Positions 45,754-54,312 of a stretch of 64,000 nt of DNA are shown piece by piece. This stretch comes from Candidatus Nomurabacteria bacterium (GTDB lineage: Bacteria; Patescibacteriota; Minisyncoccia; Phycocordibacterales; UBA9973), in assembly GCA_016699365.1 (NCBI GenBank), contig CP064973.1:237684-301683 (forward strand), given 5' to 3'. Each line of letters begins with the position of its first letter. Positions within the stretch are counted from its first letter, which is position 1. A program made the translations under genes and the position numbers. The notes under the pieces are model-generated. The model worked only from the letters and a program-made list of their open reading frames with translations. It did not search any database and was not told the DNA's origin.

Positions 45754-46026
45754 TTATTTAACTGCGTCCTTGAACGCTTTTGCTGCACGAAACTTTGGAA
45801 CTTTTGTAGCAGCAACTTTTACTTGCTCACCTGTCTTTGGGTTGCGAGCCATACGAGCTGCACGATCTTTTACAGAAAAGATTCCTAGACCTGCGATTGA
45901 AACTTCACCTCCTTTTTTCAAAGTACCGATGATTGCGTCAATCAATCCGTCTACGATTTCTTCAGCCTGCACTTTTGTGCCGCCAACTTTTCCATGAACC
46001 CATTCAACCAATGCTTGTTTATTCAT
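45754..46026 (-). CDS. hup: HU-family DNA-binding protein
   Basis: 90 aa; GLGIFSVKDRAARMARNPKTGEQVKVAATKVPKFRAAKAFKDAV is the HU arm signature. Confidence 0.85.
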   Translation of the reverse strand: MNKQALVEWVHGKVGGTKVQAEEIVDGLIDAIIGTLKKGGEVSIAGLGIFSVKDRAARMARNPKTGEQVKVAATKVPKFRAAKAFKDAVK

Positions 46027-46165
46027 ATATAGTTTTAGTGGTAACTAAGTGGTAATAAACGACCCGCCTCAAGATCCCCGCCATGAGGGAATCATTATGC
46101 GCTTGTAAATAGTATAGCTCCCACTCAAATTTACGCAAGCAGGTAAAGGGATTTTGGGGTTTTAG

Positions 46166-46939
46166 CTACTTTGCCTGCTCCCAAGCAATTTTATACAAAG
46201 ATTTTAGAAGCGAAGCTATCTTACTGTTTTTGATAGTTATTGAATGCAGTCCACTATCCCAAACAGTAAAACAAGCAGTATCTCCAAATATAGATGCTTG
46301 AACTTCTGGGTTATATATTTCCCTTGGAAGAGAGCGAACTTCTCGTCCTTTGCCGATTGCGTCCAATTTTTCACTGTCTGTCATAGGAGAATCTGGCATC
46401 AAAATCATGGATTTTATACCTTTTTTCATACGTAATTTACGGTAATCAGCCAATCTGTCACGAGCAACAGTAAATTTCTCCGGATCTCCACCTAGTCGTA
46501 ACACTTCGCTATGTTTTCCTTCTAGAGAAGAATAAAAAGTTTTCACAAATCCGTCTTCTCCATGAAGTTCTTCGACCACTATAGGTTCTTCGCCTTTTTC
46601 TGTAGCAAAAATAGCATTTAGTTCTGGAAGTGTTTGTTCTAAGATACTTTTTCTTTCATTTAGAATATTTTGATCAAACTCAACAAGAGATCTAATCCTT
46701 TCTGGGGTGTCTATATAAAAAAGTCTTCGTTTGCCTTGCTTGTGCACTAAGACAACTCCACGTTCAATAAGTTCTTCGGTTGCTAGGTGGACACTTGAAC
46801 GAGGAAGACCGACTGATTTTGCGAGATCTTGAATAGACAGAAGTCCTGCACCAAGTAAGCTAGAGAACACTTCAACTTGTGTCCTGTCTAAACCCGCTTT
46901 ACGAAGAGAAGATTTAAATTCTTGAGATAATTGTTTCAT
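46166..46939 (-). CDS. TrmB-family transcriptional regulator
   Basis: 257 aa; N-terminal wHTH (LDRTQVEVFSSLLGAG..SIQDLAKSVGLPRSSVHLATEELIERG). Confidence 0.5.
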   Translation of the reverse strand: MKQLSQEFKSSLRKAGLDRTQVEVFSSLLGAGLLSIQDLAKSVGLPRSSVHLATEELIERGVVLVHKQGKRRLFYIDTPERIRSLVEFDQNILNERKSILEQTLPELNAIFATEKGEEPIVVEELHGEDGFVKTFYSSLEGKHSEVLRLGGDPEKFTVARDRLADYRKLRMKKGIKSMILMPDSPMTDSEKLDAIGKGREVRSLPREIYNPEVQASIFGDTACFTVWDSGLHSITIKNSKIASLLKSLYKIAWEQAK

Positions 46940-47029
46940 AAAATGACAGAAATCTTTGACAAAATATTATTAAATCCAACAAAACCCATTATATACTTGA
47001 TTTTACTGGAATACAAGTAGTATAAATCA

Positions 47030-47772
47030 TTGACATTTAACTTCAGTCGTGTTACACTATCTCCAGATAAGTTCGATGAAGAAATCCAATCGAGGTGAGA
47101 TTACCGGAAGTTGCGTGGTTGCCATTTCTGGTAACCTCCCTTCGATTAGGGAAAAGATTCACGTTGAATAGATTGCTCATTATCTAAAAGGCGCACCAGG
47201 CGGATCTGGTGGAACCACAAAAATGAGTAGGGCGAGTCTTCACAGATTTTCCTAGAGTCTACAAAAAACACTTCCGAGGTTCGTTGTCGAACAAAGAATG
47301 TTTTAAATCGGGTCCCGTGTATGGATTCTAGCCACACAGCTGTGTAGGAGTGATCGATGGCCTTAAAAAGCTGGAGATTGCGTACGGAATTCATACCTTG
47401 GTGTAGCTCTAAAGTTTTCGGAAAAGGGATTGCCAATGTGTCCGTGGCACCCTTTTCTCGAAGATAGATTAAGTTGATCTTTTTCAAAGCAAAAATATGG
47501 GTGACCTTACCCAACCTGTCAGAGACAGGCAAAGGCTATGCATCTTCACAATAAAGCTGGATTGATTCTGGCCTGAATCAATCACAACTTTAGCGTATCC
47601 AAGTTTTTCGGCAGCGGTACTCGTTTGCAGCTTGACTGCAAACGAGGATTCCCTCAAAAACTAAAGTGGAGGCTCGCAATCTCTACAGGAAAAACTTACA
47701 GTACCGGCGGGTACTGCAAAGTAATGAAGAATGGACGATCGCAATTGTCGGTCGTCCTTTTTATCCAGACTA
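47030..47772 (+). ncRNA. candidate large (about 700 nt) structured non-coding RNA with sigma70-like promoter and intrinsic terminator; class unknown
   Basis: TTGACA (47030-35), 17 nt spacer, TACACT (47053-58). No credible plus-strand ORF. GC visibly higher than the neighbours. Several perfect hairpins, for example ctcgtttgcag/ctgcaaacgag (11 bp), gattgattc/gaatcaatc (9 bp) and gtacc-ggcg-ggtac. The terminator is ggacga..tcgtcc + TTTTTAT at 47733-47762. Confidence 0.3.
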
Positions 47773-47831
47773 CAATTTCGATTGCGGTTTGGTAGAAAGT
47801 AAAAAGTTCTTTTCACTTACAAAATAAATAA

Positions 47832-48230
47832 ATGAAATCCACAAAGAGTTACGTAAAAGAATTGGAAGATTTACTTGGACCAGTCGATGAAAAAATAACA
47901 AAGGAGGTAAATGACCACTTTGAAAAAATAGAACAACAATATAAATGGATGGAAGAAAATAATATTCCACAAGATTTGAGGAAGTATTATTTTGATCTTG
48001 AAGTTTTGAAGACACATGACTACAAGCCTGTAGCTGTAACTACAATGATGTGCGAAAACACTTTTGTTTTTGAAACAGAAGATGAAGCAATTAGAGCATT
48101 TGAACAATTTGAGAAACATCCAAGCGGTGAATATATATCAGGTTGGTGGTACAGCAGAGAATCTTTTGATAGCTCAATCAAAGAGTATGCAAAAGAGGTT
48201 GGCTATGATCCGAAAGTTATCTGGTTCTAA
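47832..48230 (+). CDS. hypothetical protein
   Basis: 132 aa ORF; acidic; no recognised motif. Confidence 0.35.
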   Translation: MKSTKSYVKELEDLLGPVDEKITKEVNDHFEKIEQQYKWMEENNIPQDLRKYYFDLEVLKTHDYKPVAVTTMMCENTFVFETEDEAIRAFEQFEKHPSGEYISGWWYSRESFDSSIKEYAKEVGYDPKVIWF

Positions 48231-48252
48231 ATCTAAAAAATTAAAAAAACTT

Positions 48253-48414
48253 ATGGAAAACACATTGGACAAAATTGACCTTCAAAAAGAGGCTGACAAA
48301 TTACTTTTGAAAAACGGTTTTCAAACAACCGGCGATAAAAAAAAGAGGATTTGCAAAGCACAAAGATTTTTTGAGAAACGTATTTTGATAACACCAATGG
48401 GGCATAAGAGATAA
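48253..48414 (+). CDS. small (53 aa) basic hypothetical protein
   Basis: Internal Met start (MENTLDKIDLQ...) of ORF 48064-48414, chosen to avoid overlap with the upstream gene. Speculative. Confidence 0.2.
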   Translation: MENTLDKIDLQKEADKLLLKNGFQTTGDKKKRICKAQRFFEKRILITPMGHKR

Positions 48415-48649
48415 GTTGTACATGTCGGACGGGTAACCTGTATAACCCATCACCGTTCCACGAAGGGTATGGGGGCCGACATCCTGGGAAATGAGAAGTG
48501 GTCAAATGAACCGCTTCTCATCTTTATCAGACTCATGAGTTTGTTTCGTGGGTCTGTAGAGATATTGAAGTATAAACAGAGAGCATTGCGTAGGCACTGC
48601 AGTGCTCCGTGTTTGTTCTTTAAATAGTTTCACGAGTAAAAATCTATAT

Positions 48650-48889
48650 ATGGATATTCAGAAGTTAAACTCAGCTATCGGTAAAAAAGTATTTGTCGTA
48701 TCGCTCCGTATGAGAGTAATGCGAGTGAGTGATTATGGAAAACTCGAAATGGTAAATGAACCAAACAATATTATTTTGGCTAAAATGCCGTTTGGAGACA
48801 GCATAATCCCATTTGATGAAATCTTAAAGGTCTATGATGATCAAGGTTATGTTGTTTACGACAATGAGCCTTCTAAAAAGAAGAAATAA
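48650..48889 (+). CDS. small hypothetical protein
   Basis: 79 aa from MDIQKLNSAIGKKVFVV... Preceded by the AGTTTCACGAGTAAAA motif that is shared with the next gene. Confidence 0.3.
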   Translation: MDIQKLNSAIGKKVFVVSLRMRVMRVSDYGKLEMVNEPNNIILAKMPFGDSIIPFDEILKVYDDQGYVVYDNEPSKKKK

Positions 48890-48991
48890 CCTGATACGAA
48901 GATATATTCCATACGTTTAGTCAGTTTCACAAGTAAAACGAAAAAAGACAAAAGAAACGTTACACAAAACTAAACTAAAAAACGTAAACGT

Positions 48992-49324
48992 ATGGAAAGA
49001 GAAACTTTTACCGTAACCCTTTGGTTCAAGGAAACAAAGGACGGGAAACGGGAGCGACCTGTTTCACTTACTTATCATCTCGACGGCTTCTATAGCAAGA
49101 AGCAAACCAATCTACTCTATAAAATATATTCTGATGTTTATGGTCAGATAAGTATGAGTGGGTATGGATGGCTCGATGAAGCGGTAGTGTGTATATGGAT
49201 TCTCCCTAAACAACCTTTTCTCCCTTCTACATTGCGCTACTGTGAAACAGTGAAGGCTTGGCTCGATTTTATTGAGTTTCAAGTTTCTGTAACAGTCAGC
49301 ATATTGTATGAGAAGGAAAGTTAA
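48992..49324 (+). CDS. small hypothetical protein
   Basis: 110 aa; upstream motif AGTTTCACAAGTAAAA (48911-48926). Confidence 0.3.
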   Translation: MERETFTVTLWFKETKDGKRERPVSLTYHLDGFYSKKQTNLLYKIYSDVYGQISMSGYGWLDEAVVCIWILPKQPFLPSTLRYCETVKAWLDFIEFQVSVTVSILYEKES

Positions 49325-49380
49325 TTCAAAGAAGGGAGCAATCCCTTCTTTTTTCATTTAATTTTTTAAAACAAAAAATT

Positions 49381-49542
49381 ATGAGCAAGAACAAGAAAAA
49401 TATTCGTATTGTAATCAAGAAAGATTTAGCAAAAGACAATCGTGAGATGTCCAGAAATGTATTTGCTAATGTAAATGTAAAAGAGAAGTCATTCAAGGAT
49501 AAGTCCAAATATACAAGAAAGGTAAAACATAAAGACACTTGA
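49381..49542 (+). CDS. small (53 aa) highly basic protein
   Basis: MSKNKKNIRIVIKKDLAKDNREMSRNVFANVNVKEKSFKDKSKYTRKVKHKDT. Its stop codon lies inside the -35 box of the downstream promoter. Confidence 0.25.
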   Translation: MSKNKKNIRIVIKKDLAKDNREMSRNVFANVNVKEKSFKDKSKYTRKVKHKDT

Positions 49543-49810
49543 CAAACACTAGCTACAATGTTATACTACTCCTAGCTCAATAAAAGAGCTTATATTGATC
49601 CGGCAGCCGTGTTGGCGTCCGCTAGCTTTCGCAAGAAAGCCCGTGGACTAGAACAACCGGCATAATTAGGTCAGGGCGATAATGATGAGAACGAATTCTT
49701 GATTCTAAACCATGTGGGGTTTGGAAAAGATATGAAGGGAAGCCCTAAAACAAATTGCGATGTGCCATGGCCTATCGCGCCCCCGAACTTTTTAAGTTTG
49801 GGGGTTTTTT
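49539..49810 (+). ncRNA. candidate sRNA/leader (about 240 nt) with consensus sigma70 promoter and intrinsic terminator; class unknown
   Basis: TTGACA (49539-44), 17 nt spacer, TATACT (49562-67). GNRA hairpin GCTTTC-GCAA-GAAAGC. Long-range pairing GGGCGATA/TATCGCGCCC. Terminator cccccgaactt..aagtttggggg + T7 at 49779-49810. Longest internal ORF is 28 aa. Confidence 0.35.
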
Positions 49811-49828
49811 TATGTTAAAATTCATAAT

Positions 49829-49986
49829 ATGACAAATCCAAAATACACACCCGAGGAATACAAAGAAATAGTCGAGAAGATAAAAAATGGTACTGCAACA
49901 GAGTCCGAGATAAAAGATATCGAGGAACTTGTTCGCAACGCAACAATCGAGATTAATAATATTTTAGAGGAAGACAAGAATTAATT
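49829..49986 (+). CDS. small (52 aa) acidic hypothetical protein
   Basis: ATG-to-TAA ORF MTNPKYTPEEYKEIVEKIKNG... immediately after the terminator. Speculative. Confidence 0.2.
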
Positions 49987-49987
49987 T

Positions 49988-50362
49988 ATGGACAAAGAAC
50001 CAACACAAAATACAATAGAGAATACAGAATCAGTGGATATGGAACAGTTTGGTGAGAATATAAAAAATGCATCTCCAAGTACTCTTCTAAAAATAAAAGA
50101 GGTTATGAAACGCCCTGAAACATGGACTGGTATAGCGACCATGGTAATGGGAAGCATCGTAGGAGTACAGGTATTTGAACATAGTGAGGTGGTAAAAGAA
50201 AACTGGGATGATCTAGGGAAAAGCGCAGAAAGTTTTCGAGGCGTTTTAAATGCTTATAAGGTTTTTGCTTCTGGTGTGTTCACAATGGGAGTCCTAGTAA
50301 CAATGCTTGGGATAAGTAAAGGTGGTGATATTGCAAAACAAAAAGCTAATTTAGAACAATAA
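49988..50362 (+). CDS. hypothetical protein with two hydrophobic segments
   Basis: 124 aa ORF. Confidence 0.35.
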   Translation: MDKEPTQNTIENTESVDMEQFGENIKNASPSTLLKIKEVMKRPETWTGIATMVMGSIVGVQVFEHSEVVKENWDDLGKSAESFRGVLNAYKVFASGVFTMGVLVTMLGISKGGDIAKQKANLEQ

Positions 50363-50490
50363 AACCCGCAAGGGTTTTTGTTTTTTATAACCTATACCAC
50401 GCACTCGGTAATCTAGAGTTTATTTACCGGAAAATTTTTCTCTTATCCACCACTTTTAAAAAGCACACATAAAATCCTGCTGGATTTTTG
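50361..50490 (-). repeat. conserved intergenic RNA-like element, copy D (minus strand)
   Basis: Its reverse complement aligns base-for-base with copy A across roughly 130 nt, including the 5' hairpin aaaatccagcaggatttt and the terminator aaaaaccc-ttgc-gggtttt. Confidence 0.5.
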
Positions 50491-50813
50491 CTCAACTCGC
50501 GCCGGCCGCGCTCCGTCAGGCTTTTTAGAAAGTGTGGATTTATTTATATAGGAATTCAGAATCCTTGAGCCCAGGCTTTGCCCTTCAATTCCACGAGTAT
50601 ACGAACAAACGAGGACGAACGTTCCGTAAGGAAAAAGTATTCTGTTTGAGACAGCAGGCGAGTTAATACTTTTAGTGAGTCCGAGTTTTGTGAGTATTCG
50701 TGGGATTGAATGCAAAGAGGTTTTTGTGTTACTTTTTTGAAAAATTAACGATTAAAAAACAAAGAAAAATTCCGCAAAGCGGAATTTTTCTTTTGTTCAG
50801 TCTGATTTCAAAC

Positions 50814-52340
50814 CTATCTCGCGTATTCGATAACTCTCGTTTCTCGAATCAAAGTCACCTTAATCTCACCTGGATATTTCAATTCAGATTCAATTTTCTT
50901 TGCGATATCACGAGCCATCTCCTTTGCTTCTACATCGCCAACTTTTTCTGGAGTTACGAATAGTCTGATTTCACGTCCAGCCTGCAATGCGTATGATTTC
51001 TCTACACCATCGAAGTTGTTTACAAGTGCTTCAAGTTCTGCAAGACGACGAAGGTAGTTTTCGACACTGTCGCGTCTAGCACCAGGACGTCCTCCAGATA
51101 TATAGTCAGCTGTTTGTACTATCACAGCTTCAATAGTTTCGTGAGGTACATCATCATGGTGAGATTTCATCGCTGTAATTACGCGTGGGTCAGCGCCAAA
51201 TTTTTGAAGTATTCGAATACCAATGTCTATGTGTGTACCTTGCACCTCATGATCAAGTGCTTTACCTATATCGTGAACAAGTGCACCTGCTTTTGCTATT
51301 TGTACATCAGCCCCAAGTTCCTCGGCAATCATACCTGCGATATGGGTCATCTCGATAGAGTGTTGGAGTACGTTTTGTCCATAACTTGTACGGAAATATA
51401 GACGTCCGATTATAGCTACTATACGAGGGTCGAAGTTGAATATTCCACATTCGTAAACTGCTTGCTCACCCTTTTCTTTGATAATTTTATTTATATCTTC
51501 TTTTGCTTTGTCTACCATCTCTTCGATCTTTGCTGGCTGGATACGTCCATCAAGAATCAGGTTTTCAAGTGCAAGGCGTGCTATCTGTCTACGTACTGGA
51601 TCAAAGCTAGATATAACAATAGTTCCAGGTGTGTCGTCTACGATTAGCTCCACTCCTGCAGCGCGTTCAAACGCTCTGATGTTGCGCCCTTCTTTTCCTA
51701 TAATTTTTCCTTTGATTTCGTCGTTTGGAATAGTTACGTTTGTTGCCATAAGCTCGGCTGCAGTCGAAGACGCAAGACGTTGGATAGATGTAGACAATAT
51801 ATCTTTGGCTCTAGAGTCTAACTTTTCTTGACCAGATTGTTCTAATTTTTGCATACGAACAAGAAGGTCTTCTTCGTAATCTTTCTCTATAGTGCTCATA
51901 AGCTCAACCTTAGCATCCTCTCGAGTTAGTTTTGACACACGTTCTAGTTCTTTGTGTTTTTCTTCTTCTAGTTCAACTGTCTTTTCTTTTATTTTTTTTA
52001 TCTCTTCAACTTTTAGTTTTATATTTTCAACCTCTCTATCTATTTCAGTTTGGCGTGCATCTAGAAGCTCCTCTTTTTTGATTAGTCTTTTTTCGGTTTC
52101 TTTGAATTCTATTTCACGATTTTTCTCTTCTTTTTTAAGTTCTTCGTCACGCTCCTCGGCCTTTTTCTTGGCTTCGTCTGTTATTCTCTGTGCTTCCTCT
52201 TTTGCAGAGATCAGGATCTTTTTGATCTCAAGCTCCATTGAGCCCTTTTGTCCAAGGGCTATGATTAGTCGGAGATAATATCCGACGGCAACTCCCACGA
52301 CTAGAGCTAGTCCTAGGAATGCTAATAAATGTAAATTCAT
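50814..52340 (-). CDS. rny: ribonuclease Y
   Basis: 508 aa; N-terminal TM; coiled-coil; KH domain; HD domain (HSIEMTHIAGMIA...VHDIGK). Confidence 0.85.
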   Translation of the reverse strand: MNLHLLAFLGLALVVGVAVGYYLRLIIALGQKGSMELEIKKILISAKEEAQRITDEAKKKAEERDEELKKEEKNREIEFKETEKRLIKKEELLDARQTEIDREVENIKLKVEEIKKIKEKTVELEEEKHKELERVSKLTREDAKVELMSTIEKDYEEDLLVRMQKLEQSGQEKLDSRAKDILSTSIQRLASSTAAELMATNVTIPNDEIKGKIIGKEGRNIRAFERAAGVELIVDDTPGTIVISSFDPVRRQIARLALENLILDGRIQPAKIEEMVDKAKEDINKIIKEKGEQAVYECGIFNFDPRIVAIIGRLYFRTSYGQNVLQHSIEMTHIAGMIAEELGADVQIAKAGALVHDIGKALDHEVQGTHIDIGIRILQKFGADPRVITAMKSHHDDVPHETIEAVIVQTADYISGGRPGARRDSVENYLRRLAELEALVNNFDGVEKSYALQAGREIRLFVTPEKVGDVEAKEMARDIAKKIESELKYPGEIKVTLIRETRVIEYAR

Positions 52341-52611
52341 GTAATCGTTGTCTACTTACGAGGGTATTTCGCTTTTTGAGTGATTTTTATTTGAATTTGA
52401 GTATTTTTTGGGTTCATTTTGTTTCGTTTCAGAGATTTTCCTTCAAAAAAGCGTTTAAAATCTAGTAAGTAAAAGTAATTGTTTATAAGTTCGATGCTTT
52501 TATATTAGCACACCTTTTTTGTTGTGTCATTGAATCTATTGACATGAAGACGAAATAGTTATTTTTATATACCAATACAAAACCCCTCGCAGTTGCGAGG
52601 GGTTTTGTATT

Positions 52612-53196
52612 TTATGCTTTTGCTTTTGTTATTACTTCATCTATAAGTCCGTATTTCTTGGCCTCATCAGAGGTCATAAAGTAATCTCGGTCTGCATCGG
52701 CTTCAACTTTAGCAAGTTTCTGACCAGTATGCTTTGACAGAAGTTCGTTCAACATTTTCTTCATACGTAATAGTTCACGAGTTCGGATCTCAACATCACT
52801 TGCTTGACCCTCAGCTCCACCGAGCACTTGGTGAATCATCATGCGAGAGTTTGGTAGAGCAAAGCGCTTGCCTTTTGCGCCACCTGCAAGCAAGACTGCC
52901 CCCATAGATGCCGCCATACCGACACATATAGTAGTAACATCAGGCTTTATGAACTGCATTGTGTCGTATATTGCCATACCTGCTGTAACAGAACCTCCTG
53001 GGGAGTTGATGTATAGCTGAATATCTTTCTTTGGATCTTCGTGTGCAAGGAAAATAAGCTGAGCAATAACAAGGTTTGCAGTATAGTCGTTCACCTCGTC
53101 GTTTAGGAATATAATACGCTCTTTTAAAAGACGAGAATATATGTCATATGCTCGTTCGCCAAATTGGGATTTTTCTAAGACTGTTGGGATTAACAT
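52612..53196 (-). CDS. clpP: ATP-dependent Clp protease proteolytic subunit
   Basis: 194 aa; catalytic Ser region GMAASMGA and His region MIHQ. Confidence 0.9.
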   Translation of the reverse strand: MLIPTVLEKSQFGERAYDIYSRLLKERIIFLNDEVNDYTANLVIAQLIFLAHEDPKKDIQLYINSPGGSVTAGMAIYDTMQFIKPDVTTICVGMAASMGAVLLAGGAKGKRFALPNSRMMIHQVLGGAEGQASDVEIRTRELLRMKKMLNELLSKHTGQKLAKVEADADRDYFMTSDEAKKYGLIDEVITKAKA

Positions 53197-53373
53197 ATTG
53201 AGTAGGTGTCAGGTTATAGGTATTAGGAAATAGTAATAAATACACTGAAATTCCTATAAGACAAGGTCATTATAGCAGAAAACAGGGGTGTTCGGGAGGG
53301 CTTGACAAATGGGGTGTATGTGTGCTATACTACATGAGTAAAAGTTCTTAAACTAAACTAAAAAACCAAAGAT

Positions 53374-54060
53374 ATGAAGATAGCAATTATCACTTTTTCT
53401 TTCATTTTTTCAATTTTCTTTTTAACTTCTTGCGGCTATGATGGTCAAAAGACTAGAGCGGCCGATATGCAAAACCAGCCAGCAGGTGCTGATGCGGACA
53501 ATGCTACATTTTCGGGAACCGCTAATGGTATAGCATTCGATGAGATGACTTTACCGTTCGTTTTGTGTGGAGGTTCTGAAACCAGTTATGCCCGTATGGC
53601 TGACAAACATGAAGCAACGAAGTATAACAACTTTGTAGACGCTTATGGTAGTCAGGTTTGGGTAAAGGTGCGAATCATCCATCCGATTTGGTGGAATGGT
53701 CGCGAGATTCGGTTTGAGATCGTTGACTACGGCCTTACAAAAAAAACCGAATCGGCCTGTGATTGCCAGGAAAAGGAAGAGGTAACTCCTCCTACTCCTC
53801 CGGTGATTAAAGAACCAACTCCGGTAAAAGAAAAACCGGCAGTAGTAAAAGAAGAGCCCACACCTGTGGTTAAAGAAATCAAAAAGGAGATTGCGGCCAA
53901 AGATCTCCAGCCTTGTTTTAAGGCTAAAGATTACGAAGTGATCACGATTATCAAAGAGAGAGGGAAAGTGGTTTCAGAAACCACAACTAATCTCGGAGAT
54001 GTTGTGGATGCTGGTGGTCCATCTTTACCAGACAATGAGGTGGACGCCGGTGAAAATTAA
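53374..54060 (+). CDS. lipoprotein with Pro/Lys/Glu-rich repeats
   Basis: Signal peptide with lipobox FLTSC; PTPPVIKEPTPVKEKPAVVKEEPTPVV repeats. Confidence 0.45.
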   Translation: MKIAIITFSFIFSIFFLTSCGYDGQKTRAADMQNQPAGADADNATFSGTANGIAFDEMTLPFVLCGGSETSYARMADKHEATKYNNFVDAYGSQVWVKVRIIHPIWWNGREIRFEIVDYGLTKKTESACDCQEKEEVTPPTPPVIKEPTPVKEKPAVVKEEPTPVVKEIKKEIAAKDLQPCFKAKDYEVITIIKERGKVVSETTTNLGDVVDAGGPSLPDNEVDAGEN

Positions 54061-54193
54061 TTTGGTTAGAGCTTTTTGCCAGCTCGGCCCGCGAATTTAT
54101 TTCGCGGGTTTTTTTATTGTCCACAACTTCTTTAATGTATTTGATAACTCAGAGTTTTGTTTCTAGAAAAATATTTTTCATCCTCACCCTTTA

Positions 54194-54300
54194 AAAGTAG
54201 TGGATAAAAGAAAGGTTTTCCAGAAACCAAACTTTACACAACCACGAACGTGATACAGGTTTTGTATAAAAGAAAAAATCCCCGGAGGGGGATTTTTTCT
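54194..54300 (+). repeat. conserved intergenic RNA-like element, copy C
   Basis: Core agtaGTGGATAAAAgaaagGTTTTCCAGAAACCaaac; terminator aaaaaatccccggagggggatttttt. Confidence 0.5.
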
Positions 54301-54312
54301 TTCGGATGGATT

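Noticed and set aside
47146-47532. 128-aa minus-strand ORF inside the GC-rich block
   Set aside because: It has no recognisable motifs. It lies antisense to a promoter/terminator-bounded, hairpin-dense unit. An ORF of this length is plausible by chance in GC-richer sequence. I treat it as probably spurious, but this cannot be excluded without expression data.
47030-47772. RNase P RNA or tmRNA identity for the roughly 700-nt unit
   Set aside because: There are no P4 strands (AAAGUCC/GGCUUA-like). There is no tRNA-like 3' domain (GGUUCGA.UCC, ending CCA) and no tag-peptide reading frame ending in AA-stop.
49539-49810. SRP (4.5S) RNA or 6S RNA identity for the roughly 240-nt unit
   Set aside because: It contains AGGUCAGG but lacks the rest of the conserved SRP domain IV (GGAAG...AGCAG symmetric loop). 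There is no 6S-like end pairing with a central bubble. I left it as unclassified.
50443-50715. 90-aa minus-strand ORF in the GC-rich spacer upstream of element copy D
   Set aside because: It has odd composition, overlaps the 5' extension of the conserved element and a palindromic GC tract, and is probably non-coding.
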